Virus record (IMG/VR): IMGVR_UViG_3300047157_000105
Span: 1 to 64,000 of that record
Direction: 5' to 3' (one strand)
Source of the DNA: a virus
Length of the DNA stretch: 64,000 nt
The notes under the pieces: generated by a model
What the model was told of the DNA's origin: nothing
Databases searched by the model: none
The model's input: only the letters and a program-made list of their open reading frames with translations
Shown here: piece by piece, positions 1 through 10,874 of the stretch
Numbering within the stretch: position 1 is the stretch's first letter
Layout: each line of letters starts with the position of its first letter
Translations under genes and position numbers: made by a program

Positions 1-238
1 TACTACATTTGCGGGATTACCATTTGCAACAGAAGCATCTACAGCTTTATCAATACATCAAATGTATCAAGTCAATTGGCCATCAAGTGCAAAACAATTA
101 GCGTGTTATGTATCAGGTTCAAATATTTATTTTCGTTGGCAAACAGATACTGGAGTAGGTGCATCTCTTTCTTCAACGGATACTGCACACTCATCTTGTA
201 CATTTGGAATTGCAGGAACTTACAAAACAACTGCTTAA
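1..238 (+). CDS. 3' end of a tail fibre-like protein (partial)
   Basis: Open frame from nt 2 (TTFAGLPF...FGIAGTYKTTA*) ending TAA at 236-238; the GLPF...G-T-Y C-terminus is typical of phage tail fibre tips. Confidence 0.6.
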   Translation, partial: TTFAGLPFATEASTALSIHQMYQVNWPSSAKQLACYVSGSNIYFRWQTDTGVGASLSSTDTAHSSCTFGIAGTYKTTA

Positions 239-291
239 TTACGCTTAGTGGATTCTAAGCACGGACATTTAACAACAACAAGGAGAAAGCA

Positions 292-567
292 ATGGCTTTA
301 ACAAAAGAAATAGTAGTAGACAAGATAGAAGTTTTAGAAATGGGACAAGTGCAAGTACGCACAGCAACAAGAGTCAAAGAAGATGGGGCAGTATTATCAT
401 CATCATTCCATAGACACGTTTTAGAACCTAGAACAAAGGTTGGTGATACTTGGGAAGATACAGACATTAGTGCTGAAGATTCAAAAGTACAAGCAATATG
501 TAATGCATCTTGGACCGCTGATGTGAAAACTGCATACCAAAATATGATTAATGCACTATCACTTTAA
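292..567 (+). CDS. small tail-fibre-associated protein
   Basis: AAGGAG RBS; MALTKEIVVDKIEV...VQVRTAT type of small gene that typically follows fibre genes in marine phages. Confidence 0.55.
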   Translation: MALTKEIVVDKIEVLEMGQVQVRTATRVKEDGAVLSSSFHRHVLEPRTKVGDTWEDTDISAEDSKVQAICNASWTADVKTAYQNMINALSL

Positions 568-575
568 TATAAATA
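568..575 (+). promoter_or_regulatory. T4-type late promoter TATAAATA
   Basis: Exact gp55 consensus, intergenic, 6 nt before ATG 582. Confidence 0.75.
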
Positions 576-581
576 ATACAT

Positions 582-797
582 ATGGCAATAGATAGAATAA
601 CAACGAATGGTATAAAAGATGGCACCATCACGAACACTGATGTGAGCACAACTGCAGGTATTGCAGGATCTAAAATATCAGCTATTAATTTTCCTTTTTA
701 TAAGGCAGATGGTAACTATGATGCAATATCAGTTACTAATGGCGAGTTTCCGTTCTTTAAAGCCGATGGCACGCAAGATAACATAGGAGTAGCATAA
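582..797 (+). CDS. small virion/fibre protein
   Basis: IKDGTITNTDV..AGIAGSKI repeat; internal duplication FPFYKADG/FPFFKADG; TAATG coupled to next gene. Confidence 0.55.
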   Translation: MAIDRITTNGIKDGTITNTDVSTTAGIAGSKISAINFPFYKADGNYDAISVTNGEFPFFKADGTQDNIGVA

Positions 798-1531
798 TGG
801 CAAATAAAGTACCTGTAAAGGCGATATTCTCAGGATCAGATGTAAGTTCACTTGGAGAATTTGCAACTAGTGATACTATTGCAGCAAGTTATATTAATGG
901 TGTTCCTACAGGATCTTTAGCATTAGCTGGTGGCACTATGACAGGTGATTTAGTTCTTGGTGATAATGTTTCTTTAGAACTTGGTGCTGGTACTAATGGT
1001 GATTTACAAATATATCACGATGGTTCACATAGTTATATACATAATAAAACAGGTGAACTAAAAGCTAGAGCAAGTGTTTTTAAGTTTTTGAATGATGCTA
1101 ATAACGAAACAATGTTATCTGCTACTCAAGATGGAGCAGTAGACCTTTACCATAACAATGTTAAAAAAATTGAAACAACTGCAAATGGTATTACAGTAAC
1201 AGGTACAGCAGTAGCCACAACAGACACAGACGCAACAAACACAGGTTCAGTCACACTAGACTTTGCTACTAAACAAAACTTTGTATTAACACTTACAGGT
1301 AATGTAACATTAGCTAATCCATCTACTGAACAAGTTGGACAAAGCGGATTTATAGCATTTATACAGGATGGTACGGGGGGCCGCACGGTAGCTTTAGGAA
1401 CAGATTACGAAACTCCAGCAGCGGCAGGTCTTACACTCACAGCAACAGCAGGTGCAACCGATTTAGTTCCTTATTTGGTTGTCGCATCAAATAGGATACT
1501 ATTAGGAACACCTCAACTGGCGTTTGCATAA
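797..1531 (+). CDS. tail fibre-related structural protein
   Basis: LAGGTMTGDL fibre motif, DLQIYHDGS and LYHNN.KKIETT motifs, C-terminal QDGTGGRT domain. Confidence 0.7.
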   Translation: MANKVPVKAIFSGSDVSSLGEFATSDTIAASYINGVPTGSLALAGGTMTGDLVLGDNVSLELGAGTNGDLQIYHDGSHSYIHNKTGELKARASVFKFLNDANNETMLSATQDGAVDLYHNNVKKIETTANGITVTGTAVATTDTDATNTGSVTLDFATKQNFVLTLTGNVTLANPSTEQVGQSGFIAFIQDGTGGRTVALGTDYETPAAAGLTLTATAGATDLVPYLVVASNRILLGTPQLAFA

Positions 1532-4500
1532 TGGCTATCGGATCACCGCAATGGATGTACAAGTCTGGAGAGGCTTACCAGATAGAGCAGAGTCTTAAAC
1601 TTGATGATTCTAAAGGCGGTTTTTTATCTCGCACCCCTTCTTCTGGAGGCAATAGAAGAACCTATACTATTAGCACTTGGATAAAAAGAGGTACAATATC
1701 AAATGGTTCAATAGTTGTATCTGGCGCAAATAATAATTATGTTTTTAGATTTAGATTTAACGGTGCTGCTTTGCACGCTTATGATTACCATGGTGGTAGC
1801 AATCAATTCCAATGGGTTTTACAAAGTAATAATCAATTAAGAGATACTTCTGCGTGGTATCATGTCTTATTAGCAGTAGATACTACACAAGCAACAAACA
1901 CAAATAGAATAAAAATGTATGTTAATGGTAGTCAAATTACTAATTTAGGTATATCTAATTATCCTGCCCAAAATTATCAGTCTTATATAAATGATGTTGA
2001 AAAAATATGGATAGGAGAAACTATATCAGAAGATTCTGCAATGGATGGATATTTAGCAGAATTAAACTTCATAGATGGACAAGCCTTAACCCCAGCAGAC
2101 TTTGGTGAAACAGGTACATATGGTGAATGGAAGCCTATAGAGTATGAAGGTACTTATGGTACTAATGGATTTTACTTACCGTTTAAGAATGACTATACAG
2201 TAGAAGGTTTTAGTACGGTTACTTATAAGGGTAATGGAACGTATGGAAATTACATTGGTGGCACTGGTTTCAATCCTGACATTATATGGATCAAGCCAAG
2301 AAGTTTAGCAGACCACCATCAGTTTTACGATTCAGTTAGAGGATTTCAACATCAATTTAAAACTAATTCAGCTAATGCAGAAGACGTTACTAGTAAAGTT
2401 TTATCTGCTACAGATGGTACTTATTTAACTACTACAGATCAAAATCTAAATAGTTCATCACATACTTATGTAGGTTGGCACTGGGATATGGGTGCTAATA
2501 CACCGACTGGTTTTGGTTGTGTTGCTTATAAAGGCGCTAATGTAGTTAATCAAGTTGTTACAGGATTTAATTTTTCTCCAGATTTGCTTTGGATTAAAAG
2601 TAGAACAAATGGTGATTCTAATCATTTGTTTGACAAATTAAGAGGTGCTGGTAGAAGAATTAGGTCAGATTCAGATTCTGCTGAAGATAACGGTAATGAT
2701 TCTATGAGAGATTTTCTTCCTGATGGTTTCAAGTTAGGAGTAACAGGCACAGGTATAACAGTTAATGCAAGTAATTATGTAGCTTGGGGTTGGGATATGG
2801 GAGGCACTTCTGTTTCTAACACAGACGGTACTCTTACATCTACTGTAATGGCAAACCCAACATATGGACAATCTATTGTTAAGTACACAGGTGTTGCTGG
2901 TGTGTCTAATGCTACTAAAGTAGGACACGGCTTAAATTCTGCACCAGAGATGATTATTCTTAAAGTGCTTGGTGAAGCAGAGTATTGGCCAGTATGGCAT
3001 AAAGATATGCACTCTGATGGTGGTTTTGATAGAAAAATGTATCTTAATGATACTGGTGGTGTAAGTGGTACAGACCAACGCAGAGTAACAAGTGTTTCTT
3101 CAACTACTTTTGGTTTAGCAGAGGGTGCAAGTACTGGAGGTTATTCAGAAGCAAATCAGATAGGTGAAGAACATATAGCATATTGTTTCCATAGTGTATC
3201 TGGCTACAGCAAGTTTGGAACTTACACAGGTGATGCTACAACTAACCACTCTAAAAGTGTAACTTTAGGATTTAGACCAGCATTTTTAATGGTTAAGAAA
3301 ACAAGCGGTACTGGTAATTGGGTTATGGTTGATAATGTTCGTAATCCAATGTCTAATGATGTTGATAAATATGTTAAAGCAGATACTAATGATGCAGAAG
3401 CTACACAGTCTGGAGAGTTATTCAAGTTTACTTCTACTGGTTTTACAATTGGAGCAAACTTAGGTGATGTAAATGCTAATGGAGCAACTTACATCTATAT
3501 GGCATTTGCTGGTGGTATGGATAGTATCTCAGACTACAATACAACTGGCTCATCTGACAGTAGAGTAAAAGCTAACACTACATATGGTCAAAGCATTGTA
3601 ACTTACACAGGTCAATCAGGCGCACAAACTATTGGTCACGGACTTAGTTCTGCACCTGAAATGATTATTGCTAAGAACAGAAGTTCTGCTCAAGAATGGC
3701 TAGTTTATCATCACAGTATTACAGATGCTAAAGATAAATATTTAAGATTAGATACTACAGGTGCAGTTGCAGACAATACTTTTTGGAATGATACTGCTCC
3801 TACATCTTCAGTATTTTCTGTAGGTGATTCTCAGCCAATTAACTCTGGTCACGGTAATAACTATGTTGCATACTGTTTCCATAGTGTGACTGGGTATAGT
3901 AAATTCGGAACTTATAATGGTGACGGTACACATAATGGTTCTAACGCAGTTAACTGTGGATTCGAGCCTGCATTTGTAATGATTAAGTGTACTAACGATG
4001 CAGAGGCTTGGTGGATATTTGATAATGTCAGAAACCCACTTAATGGTGGAGAAGACCCTAAACGAATAGCTGCTAATGAAAGCAATGCGGAAGTTACTGG
4101 TGGTTCTACAGGTTCAGACTGGGTAGAGTTTACATCTACTGGATTTAAAATGACTGGTCAAGGCGGTGGTACTAACGGTGGTAGTGGGCAAGTATATGTT
4201 TATATGGCTTTCGCTGACAAACGAGAGTACGCATACTGGCTAGATCAAAGTGGTAACAATAATGACTGGACAAGTAATAACCTAACAGAGTCAGATATAT
4301 CTGTTGATAGTCCTACGAATAACTTTTGTACCATAAATCCTTTAACTAGATTAGGTGTAACTGGAAGCAATACTCAAGGTTTTGCAGAAGGTAATTTAAT
4401 GATGGATGAAAGTTCTAATGGTTGGTCTTGTTATGGTGGAACTCATTTAATGCCTTCTGGAAAGTATTACTACGAAATGTATATGGCAGGTTCAGGTACT

Positions 4501-6081
4501 GTTGATGTAAATATGGGTGCAGTTGTAAATGATTTCAATCGAGGTAGTAATGCAGGTATAGATACAACTGGTGCTTATTCTCTATATGCTGGGAGTACTG
4601 GTAATGGAACTAAATATGATAATAGTGGTAGTGGAACAGGCATGGGAACAGGTTATCACTTTACTTGGGGAGATATAGTTCAAGTAGCCTATGATGCTGA
4701 TAGTGGAAAAATGTGGTTAGGAAAAAACAACATTTACTTGGGTTCGGGAAATCCTGCAACTGGAGCAAATCCTTTCTTAACAGTTAGCGCAACTAATAAA
4801 GGAAAATTAATACCAGCTTTTAGCCAATATCATTCTACTTCAGAAATAATAGCAAATTTCGGTCAAGATTCCTCATTTGCTGGTTATAGAATAGCACAAG
4901 GCAATCAAGATGGTAATGACATAGGTGACTTCTACTACACACCACCTACAGGTTTCTTAGCTTTATGTACAAAGAACTTGCCTGACGCTACTGTTACACC
5001 TCAAGAGCATTTTAATACTGTGCTTTATACTGGTACTGGTAACACTTCTACAAATGCAATTACAGGTGTTGGATTTCAACCAGACCTTGTATGGACAAAA
5101 AATAGAGAAGATACTTATTTCCATACTTTGTATGATGCTGTAAGAGGAACTGGTAATACAAAAGCTATACATTCAAATGATACTGCTTCTGAAGGAACAC
5201 ATTCTGCACATAATAATTTAGCTTCTTTTGATTCAAATGGCTTTACTTTAGGAACAACTTCTTCAACAAGTGTTCAAAATTATTATGACCATATATATGT
5301 AGCTTGGAACTGGAAAGCTGGAACATCTGTGTCAGGCAATACAACTGGTTCAGGTGATGACATAGCATATACAGGCTCAGTTAATACGGATGCAGGATTT
5401 TCAATTATTAAATATGCTGGAAACAATACAGCAGGACATCAAATACCACACCATTTGGGTGTTGTACCTGATGCAATATTTATTAAGAGTTTAACTTCAC
5501 AATCTTGGAACTGCTTTTTTCCTAATACAAGTCTAGGAGCAACAAAAGGTTTACAGTTAGATAATACTGGTGCAGCAAATACAGTTAGTCATTTAAACAA
5601 CACTATGCCTTCAACTTCAGTTGTTACATTAGGTACTGGTGCAGGCACAAACACTAAAGATGGTGATGACAATCCTCAACCATACATTATGTACTCGTGG
5701 GCAAATAAAGATGGCTATGTAAAAGTCGGTTCATATACTGGTAATGGTAGTCAAGATGGTCCATTTGTGTACACAGGTTTTAGACCAGCTTTTGTAATGG
5801 TGAAATCATCAAGTATGAGTAATTCAGAAACAAATTGGGTTATTTGGGATAACGAAAGAAATGGTTACAACACCACAGGAAATGTTCAAGTTTTTGCTAA
5901 TCAATCTTGGGCTGAAGGACAAAGAGATGATAATGGTGGTGCTGGAATTTCTGATTTAGATATTTTATCTAATGGGTTTAAACATAGAGATTCAACTTGG
6001 GCGCAAAACGGTCAAAATGGTGCTACTTTTATCTACATCGCATTTGCAGAAACACCATTTAAGTATTCTAATGCGAGATAA
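1531..6081 (+). CDS. large adhesin/fibre protein with ConA-like lectin domain, SPRY-like domain and repeated modules
   Basis: 1516 aa; LamG-like N-terminus (TISTWIKR, WYHVLLAVD), SPRY-like GKYYYE...DADSGKMW, repeated GF.PD..W.K.R and GFRPAF.MVK modules. Confidence 0.75.
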   Translation: MAIGSPQWMYKSGEAYQIEQSLKLDDSKGGFLSRTPSSGGNRRTYTISTWIKRGTISNGSIVVSGANNNYVFRFRFNGAALHAYDYHGGSNQFQWVLQSNNQLRDTSAWYHVLLAVDTTQATNTNRIKMYVNGSQITNLGISNYPAQNYQSYINDVEKIWIGETISEDSAMDGYLAELNFIDGQALTPADFGETGTYGEWKPIEYEGTYGTNGFYLPFKNDYTVEGFSTVTYKGNGTYGNYIGGTGFNPDIIWIKPRSLADHHQFYDSVRGFQHQFKTNSANAEDVTSKVLSATDGTYLTTTDQNLNSSSHTYVGWHWDMGANTPTGFGCVAYKGANVVNQVVTGFNFSPDLLWIKSRTNGDSNHLFDKLRGAGRRIRSDSDSAEDNGNDSMRDFLPDGFKLGVTGTGITVNASNYVAWGWDMGGTSVSNTDGTLTSTVMANPTYGQSIVKYTGVAGVSNATKVGHGLNSAPEMIILKVLGEAEYWPVWHKDMHSDGGFDRKMYLNDTGGVSGTDQRRVTSVSSTTFGLAEGASTGGYSEANQIGEEHIAYCFHSVSGYSKFGTYTGDATTNHSKSVTLGFRPAFLMVKKTSGTGNWVMVDNVRNPMSNDVDKYVKADTNDAEATQSGELFKFTSTGFTIGANLGDVNANGATYIYMAFAGGMDSISDYNTTGSSDSRVKANTTYGQSIVTYTGQSGAQTIGHGLSSAPEMIIAKNRSSAQEWLVYHHSITDAKDKYLRLDTTGAVADNTFWNDTAPTSSVFSVGDSQPINSGHGNNYVAYCFHSVTGYSKFGTYNGDGTHNGSNAVNCGFEPAFVMIKCTNDAEAWWIFDNVRNPLNGGEDPKRIAANESNAEVTGGSTGSDWVEFTSTGFKMTGQGGGTNGGSGQVYVYMAFADKREYAYWLDQSGNNNDWTSNNLTESDISVDSPTNNFCTINPLTRLGVTGSNTQGFAEGNLMMDESSNGWSCYGGTHLMPSGKYYYEMYMAGSGTVDVNMGAVVNDFNRGSNAGIDTTGAYSLYAGSTGNGTKYDNSGSGTGMGTGYHFTWGDIVQVAYDADSGKMWLGKNNIYLGSGNPATGANPFLTVSATNKGKLIPAFSQYHSTSEIIANFGQDSSFAGYRIAQGNQDGNDIGDFYYTPPTGFLALCTKNLPDATVTPQEHFNTVLYTGTGNTSTNAITGVGFQPDLVWTKNREDTYFHTLYDAVRGTGNTKAIHSNDTASEGTHSAHNNLASFDSNGFTLGTTSSTSVQNYYDHIYVAWNWKAGTSVSGNTTGSGDDIAYTGSVNTDAGFSIIKYAGNNTAGHQIPHHLGVVPDAIFIKSLTSQSWNCFFPNTSLGATKGLQLDNTGAANTVSHLNNTMPSTSVVTLGTGAGTNTKDGDDNPQPYIMYSWANKDGYVKVGSYTGNGSQDGPFVYTGFRPAFVMVKSSSMSNSETNWVIWDNERNGYNTTGNVQVFANQSWAEGQRDDNGGAGISDLDILSNGFKHRDSTWAQNGQNGATFIYIAFAETPFKYSNAR

Positions 6082-6089
6082 ATAATAGT

Positions 6090-7010
6090 ATGGCTATAAG
6101 AACACCACTAAAATTAGATAGTACAAACCTAAAGGAGATGTCATCGACAGATACTGGTAATATCATATCGAGAATGGTCTATCTTTATTTGACAGATCCT
6201 TCTGTAACATTATCTGTTGTTGCAAATAGTGGTTCATTAACTGGTATAAATGATACGAGAATGCAAGCTGGTGCTATGTCTTCATCTGCTACAGCATTTC
6301 CTAGTGAATCATCTACAGCAGAACCTAGTGTTGTTACTGTTGCATACGATAAAATTAATGAGGCTACAACTTCATTATCAGCTCCGGCCGATACAAATAA
6401 CATAAGATTTCCTGTGTATTATGACTCGGGTAATATTAAAGCAATGTCTCTTACTGATATGTATGAATCATTTGTTAGCCTTGCATCAAATGGAGCAAGT
6501 GAATTAATTCCAGCTGCACAACCATATAAGATTCATACATCTACTACGCCTCCAAGTGGATATACATTAGTATCTTCAACTCCAGTGTTTATTGATACAA
6601 GAGCTAATGTTTCTGCATATACTGCAGGTGGTATAGGAGAAACACTTGATCAGCCAACTACAATAACTAGTTATTACTTACATAGAGCAAATGGTACCGC
6701 TGTTACAGCACCAACACCATTATACATTGATTCAAATCAAAACTTAAAAGAATATACCGCAGCAGAGTTTGATGCTATATTAAAAGAAGTAATACGATAT
6801 ACATCAGTGAATTTAACATCTAATAAATTAAGATATTTTATAGATGGAGCAGGTACGACATTAGGAACTGGTATGGCAAATACTAAATTAAATGGCTCAG
6901 GTAATTATCAAACAAGATATGTAAATACCGATGATTATAGAGCACAAGAATTCCCTAATGGTTCTGTGGTTACAGAAGCCACATATTATTTGAAAGCAAG
7001 GAGAGTATAA
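6090..7010 (+). CDS. putative virion structural protein
   Basis: 306 aa, S/T-rich, internal repeats (LKEMS/IKAMS/LKEYT); preceded by GATAAATA late-like promoter. Confidence 0.55.
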   Translation: MAIRTPLKLDSTNLKEMSSTDTGNIISRMVYLYLTDPSVTLSVVANSGSLTGINDTRMQAGAMSSSATAFPSESSTAEPSVVTVAYDKINEATTSLSAPADTNNIRFPVYYDSGNIKAMSLTDMYESFVSLASNGASELIPAAQPYKIHTSTTPPSGYTLVSSTPVFIDTRANVSAYTAGGIGETLDQPTTITSYYLHRANGTAVTAPTPLYIDSNQNLKEYTAAEFDAILKEVIRYTSVNLTSNKLRYFIDGAGTTLGTGMANTKLNGSGNYQTRYVNTDDYRAQEFPNGSVVTEATYYLKARRV

Positions 7011-7510
7011 TGTTTACTAAAAAGAATGTAATAACTGCAAGGTTTATTAATGAAGGACATACAACAATTGAAGTACTTCATACTATTAAAGGTGATGAAA
7101 AAGCTCATGCTTATATATTAGAATATGATAAAGATTCAGCTGATTATAAAGATTTAGAAAAAGCTGGATGGGATTTAGAACGTATCCAAGAAGAAACAGC
7201 TGGATATAAAAGAGCTGCTAGTCTTCAACATGATACAGCGGTTGCAGCTGCTGCTCAAGAGTGGCTCAAAGAAAATCCACCTGAAATTGTTACTGAAATT
7301 GAAACTATTATTGAAAATATAAAGGTAGATGATATCATAGGTTCAATTATATCTAAGAATACAGATGAAGATATGATATTTAGAGCTAAACTAGCTGTAA
7401 TGGAATTAGATGATGTTAAAAAATCTAAAGATACAAAACTAAAACAAGAAATACGTAAAGCTAATACCTTAATTGAAGTAGTATCAAAGTTAGAAAAATT
7501 TATGAAGTAA
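7010..7510 (+). CDS. hypothetical protein
   Basis: 166 aa ORF, TAATG coupled. Confidence 0.6.
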   Translation: MFTKKNVITARFINEGHTTIEVLHTIKGDEKAHAYILEYDKDSADYKDLEKAGWDLERIQEETAGYKRAASLQHDTAVAAAAQEWLKENPPEIVTEIETIIENIKVDDIIGSIISKNTDEDMIFRAKLAVMELDDVKKSKDTKLKQEIRKANTLIEVVSKLEKFMK

Positions 7511-7513
7511 AAA

Positions 7514-8137
7514 ATGAATGTAATTTTTGTGAAGTGGGGTACGAAGTATTCCAGTGATGATGTTAATGCACTATATAATAATCTAATCGAATATAATTCA
7601 AAATATTCATATCATTGCTATACAGATAATCCAGAAGGCTTAAATGAAAATATCAATGTGATATGGATTCCATCATATCCTATACTTAAAAAATGGTGGA
7701 ATAAATTAAGAATGTTTTCTTCTGAATTTCCCCTTAAAGGAAAATGCATGTTCTTTGATATAGACACTACTATTCAAAATGACCCCTTTAAAGTTTTAGA
7801 TCAAGTTGATTTTAATAAATTAACTATACTTGATTGCCCATGGAAATCTGATCCTATATATAATAGAGCTACTAACTATGATGTACGAATAGCAAGTGGT
7901 GTTATAACATGGACAGCAGGTAACCATGCAGAGATGTGGGAATCTTTTATGGCTAATAAAGATTATTACCTACGTAAATATAAAGGTATAGATAGATATA
8001 TAGCCCACGAAGGTTATAGCTATAACACATTTCCACATACTTATATCCAATCATATAAATATCAACAAGAAATAGATTATGAACCTGCAATAATGACATA
8101 TGAAGAGGTAGACTTTGAATCCAGAAATATTAAATAG
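7514..8137 (+). CDS. GT-A-like glycosyltransferase
   Basis: VKWGTKY...CYTD...WWNKLRMF...FFDID (DxD) signature. Confidence 0.7.
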   Translation: MNVIFVKWGTKYSSDDVNALYNNLIEYNSKYSYHCYTDNPEGLNENINVIWIPSYPILKKWWNKLRMFSSEFPLKGKCMFFDIDTTIQNDPFKVLDQVDFNKLTILDCPWKSDPIYNRATNYDVRIASGVITWTAGNHAEMWESFMANKDYYLRKYKGIDRYIAHEGYSYNTFPHTYIQSYKYQQEIDYEPAIMTYEEVDFESRNIK

Positions 8138-8741
8138 ATGTCTTAAGTTAATAGAAGAAGTATATAATGAATCAATGTATGGTGAGAATGATATATACCG
8201 CATTAAAGATCTTATACATTCAGTAGATAAAAATCATTGGAAAAGCAAACAATGGTTAGTCCGTGAATTCTATAAATTATATGACCACAACCAAGGATCA
8301 TTTTATGTAGGTGGTGGATGGTATGGTTTATTATCCCATCTTATGAGAATGCAATGGCCGGAAGAAGGCTTAAATCTAACAAGTGGTGATATAGATCCGA
8401 GGTGTGAAGAATTTGGTTGGAAACTATTTCATAATAGTGATATTAATTTTGTTACCGAAGATATGACCTCACGTGACTTGAGTGAATACTCAGCAATTAT
8501 ATCAACTTCGTGCGAGCATGTAGAGCCTGAGGTATTAGAAAAGTTTATAAGAAGCAAAAACTCTAATGCATGGGTAGTATTACAAACAAACAATTATGAT
8601 GAACTTGATAGCCATATTAACTGCTATCCTGATGTAATGTCATTTGCAAATTGGGTAGAGCCACTAATTAAAGAAAGAATTTACTTTGCAGGTACATTAA
8701 GGCTCGGTGATTTTGATAGATATATGGTAATAGGAAAATGA
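8115..8741 (+). CDS. SAM-dependent methyltransferase-like protein
   Basis: VGGGWYG glycine loop, SGDID acidic motif, STSCEH. Confidence 0.6.
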   Translation: MNPEILNRCLKLIEEVYNESMYGENDIYRIKDLIHSVDKNHWKSKQWLVREFYKLYDHNQGSFYVGGGWYGLLSHLMRMQWPEEGLNLTSGDIDPRCEEFGWKLFHNSDINFVTEDMTSRDLSEYSAIISTSCEHVEPEVLEKFIRSKNSNAWVVLQTNNYDELDSHINCYPDVMSFANWVEPLIKERIYFAGTLRLGDFDRYMVIGK

Positions 8742-9607
8742 GTCGTATAATATTTTCTATCTTTATTGATATTCCTAAAGAAGATTTAGATAATCCAGGT
8801 TGGTATAATGCTGAAGGGAAGATGCAGGATACTGATAAAAGTAAACAAACAAAAGATTACTTTGCGAAATATAGTAATAAACTAAAAGCAAGGCAAGTTA
8901 AATACGCTAGAATTATAGGTGTTGATTATGTATTGCATGAGTATGATAATGACTATAAACAATATGTCAATTATTTTAAAAATAATTATCCACAGATATC
9001 AATCTATGATATAATAAACTTTTATAAGCATGAGCTTATGAAAAGATATGCACACAAGTATGATGAAGTATGTTACTTAGATTTCGATGTTATACCAAAT
9101 ACTGCTAAATCTATATTTGATATAGTAAAGCATGATGAGTTTGGTTGTGCTGATTCAAATAGAGAAGCTGAGTGGGGTAAGAAAGTAGAAGTTAAATATT
9201 ATAATACATGTATACGAAACCCTTCAAGTAAGTATTGGAATTGTCATGCTATGTTAAACGATATCGGATTAGAACCTGATACCGATGTATTCAATACAGG
9301 AATTATGGTTGCTTCAAGTAAGATGATTAAACGATTAGATTATTTTGGTAATTTTGAACAAGTACTTGAATTAATGACAAGGATAAAGCATGATGAAGTA
9401 TCTATGTATCCGCACAATATACAAAGATCATTTAACTATGATAATGAAACTGTATTTGCATATAAAAGAATTGTAAATGATATAAAAATTAATTATTTAG
9501 ATGATGACTGGCACCATAAAGTACAAGATGAGAAGTGGTATGTATTTAATGAGAATGCTAAAATGTATCATGTAATCAATAAGAGGTTTGGCAAGTTTTT
9601 AAAATGA
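8738..9607 (+). CDS. glycosyltransferase-like protein
   Basis: YLDFDV (DxD), FNTGIM, HVINK. Confidence 0.6.
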   Translation: MSRIIFSIFIDIPKEDLDNPGWYNAEGKMQDTDKSKQTKDYFAKYSNKLKARQVKYARIIGVDYVLHEYDNDYKQYVNYFKNNYPQISIYDIINFYKHELMKRYAHKYDEVCYLDFDVIPNTAKSIFDIVKHDEFGCADSNREAEWGKKVEVKYYNTCIRNPSSKYWNCHAMLNDIGLEPDTDVFNTGIMVASSKMIKRLDYFGNFEQVLELMTRIKHDEVSMYPHNIQRSFNYDNETVFAYKRIVNDIKINYLDDDWHHKVQDEKWYVFNENAKMYHVINKRFGKFLK

Positions 9608-10248
9608 AAGTATTCTGCGTAAGAATAGGAACAAAATACGGAGAGGAATACGAAGATTATATTGAAGAGAAGTTATCTGATTATGACGTACATTGGATAA
9701 GGCAACCTTTTGATAATCGCGTTGAGCTTCAATGGAATAAGATGTTACCTATGAATCTCGATATTGATGACCCAGTGTGTGTTATGGACATCGACGTTAT
9801 CCTTATGAACGACTTTAAACTGATCTTTGACTATCCCATTCAGAGAGGAGAGTTTATTGGCGCTCCAGATTGGTGGCAGAATAGAGATGACTATCATTTA
9901 AATGGTGGCTTCTTTAAGTACTACCCAAAGGATTGTAAGTATATATTCGATAAGTTTATGAAGGATCCAAAATACTGGCAACAATACTATATAAACAATG
10001 GTACAACAATCGGTCCAGTAAATGGTGAACAGTATTTTGTAGAAGATTCTGTGAATGAACAGCTAACCCTAAAACTATTACCTAATGCATGGTTTACACG
10101 ATGGACTAATGCTGGAGATCACACCTGGAAATCTAATATAAATAAGTTATATAAAGAAAAATCTGGTAATGAATATCTCAACATAGATGAGTTTCACCCA
10201 GATATAAAATTTGTGCACTACACATTTGCTATGAATAAACCAAGATGA
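9604..10248 (+). CDS. GT-A-like glycosyltransferase (paralog of 7514..8137)
   Basis: VRIGTKY, WNKM, VMDIDV, NGG, GEQYFV, FVHY. Confidence 0.65.
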   Translation: MKVFCVRIGTKYGEEYEDYIEEKLSDYDVHWIRQPFDNRVELQWNKMLPMNLDIDDPVCVMDIDVILMNDFKLIFDYPIQRGEFIGAPDWWQNRDDYHLNGGFFKYYPKDCKYIFDKFMKDPKYWQQYYINNGTTIGPVNGEQYFVEDSVNEQLTLKLLPNAWFTRWTNAGDHTWKSNINKLYKEKSGNEYLNIDEFHPDIKFVHYTFAMNKPR

Positions 10249-10874
10249 ATAAAGATATATTATATTCGTATCTTACAGTATACGGAATACAAAGTGAACT
10301 AAATATTCGATTAGATGACCCTGAACAATTTGTAGATTGGACAGAAGCCAACTTTGATTATGTAAGATATAACCCTAGGAAAGATATAGATCGTTGGGGA
10401 TTAAGCATAACAAGTTATGATGGTGGACTTAGCGGTATTCCTGACTTAGATAGCATAGGAGAATACTGTGTAGAAAATAATGTATCTCTTGAAGAGAGTG
10501 ATTTTGATGTACCAACAGAAGTGTATAAACAAAACCTTCATCTTCAAAAAGTATTAGAACCTTTTAAAGGACATTTCTATAGAACCCACATATTAAAATT
10601 AAATCCAGGTGGATACTTTCCCAAACATAGAGATTTAAGGCAAACCAATTTTAATAATTTTAGATTGATTATTCCCTTAAAAAATCCATGTACATTTATA
10701 ATAGAAGATAAAATTTTAAATTGGGAATTAGGCAGAATGTATTATGTAGATACTGCTAAAGTGCATTATCTATTTAATGCTACAGATGAGCCAAGCTATT
10801 GGTTAGTGCTTAATGTCGAATTAACAGAAGAAGTGTTTAAAAAAGTAACACATCATTTTTCATATAGAGCATGA
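10245..10874 (+). CDS. 2OG-Fe(II) oxygenase, Asp/Asn beta-hydroxylase-like
   Basis: LNPGGYFPKHRD (HxD) ... DTAKVHYLFN (distal His). Confidence 0.65.
   Translation: MNKDILYSYLTVYGIQSELNIRLDDPEQFVDWTEANFDYVRYNPRKDIDRWGLSITSYDGGLSGIPDLDSIGEYCVENNVSLEESDFDVPTEVYKQNLHLQKVLEPFKGHFYRTHILKLNPGGYFPKHRDLRQTNFNNFRLIIPLKNPCTFIIEDKILNWELGRMYYVDTAKVHYLFNATDEPSYWLVLNVELTEEVFKKVTHHFSYRA

Noticed and set aside
76-258. 60-aa ORF in the track
   Set aside because: Overlaps the better frame-2 tail fibre C-terminus ending at 238.
1531-6081. Diversity-generating retroelement target
   Set aside because: Repeats are diverged protein modules rather than adenine-specific TR/VR pairs; no reverse transcriptase in the window.
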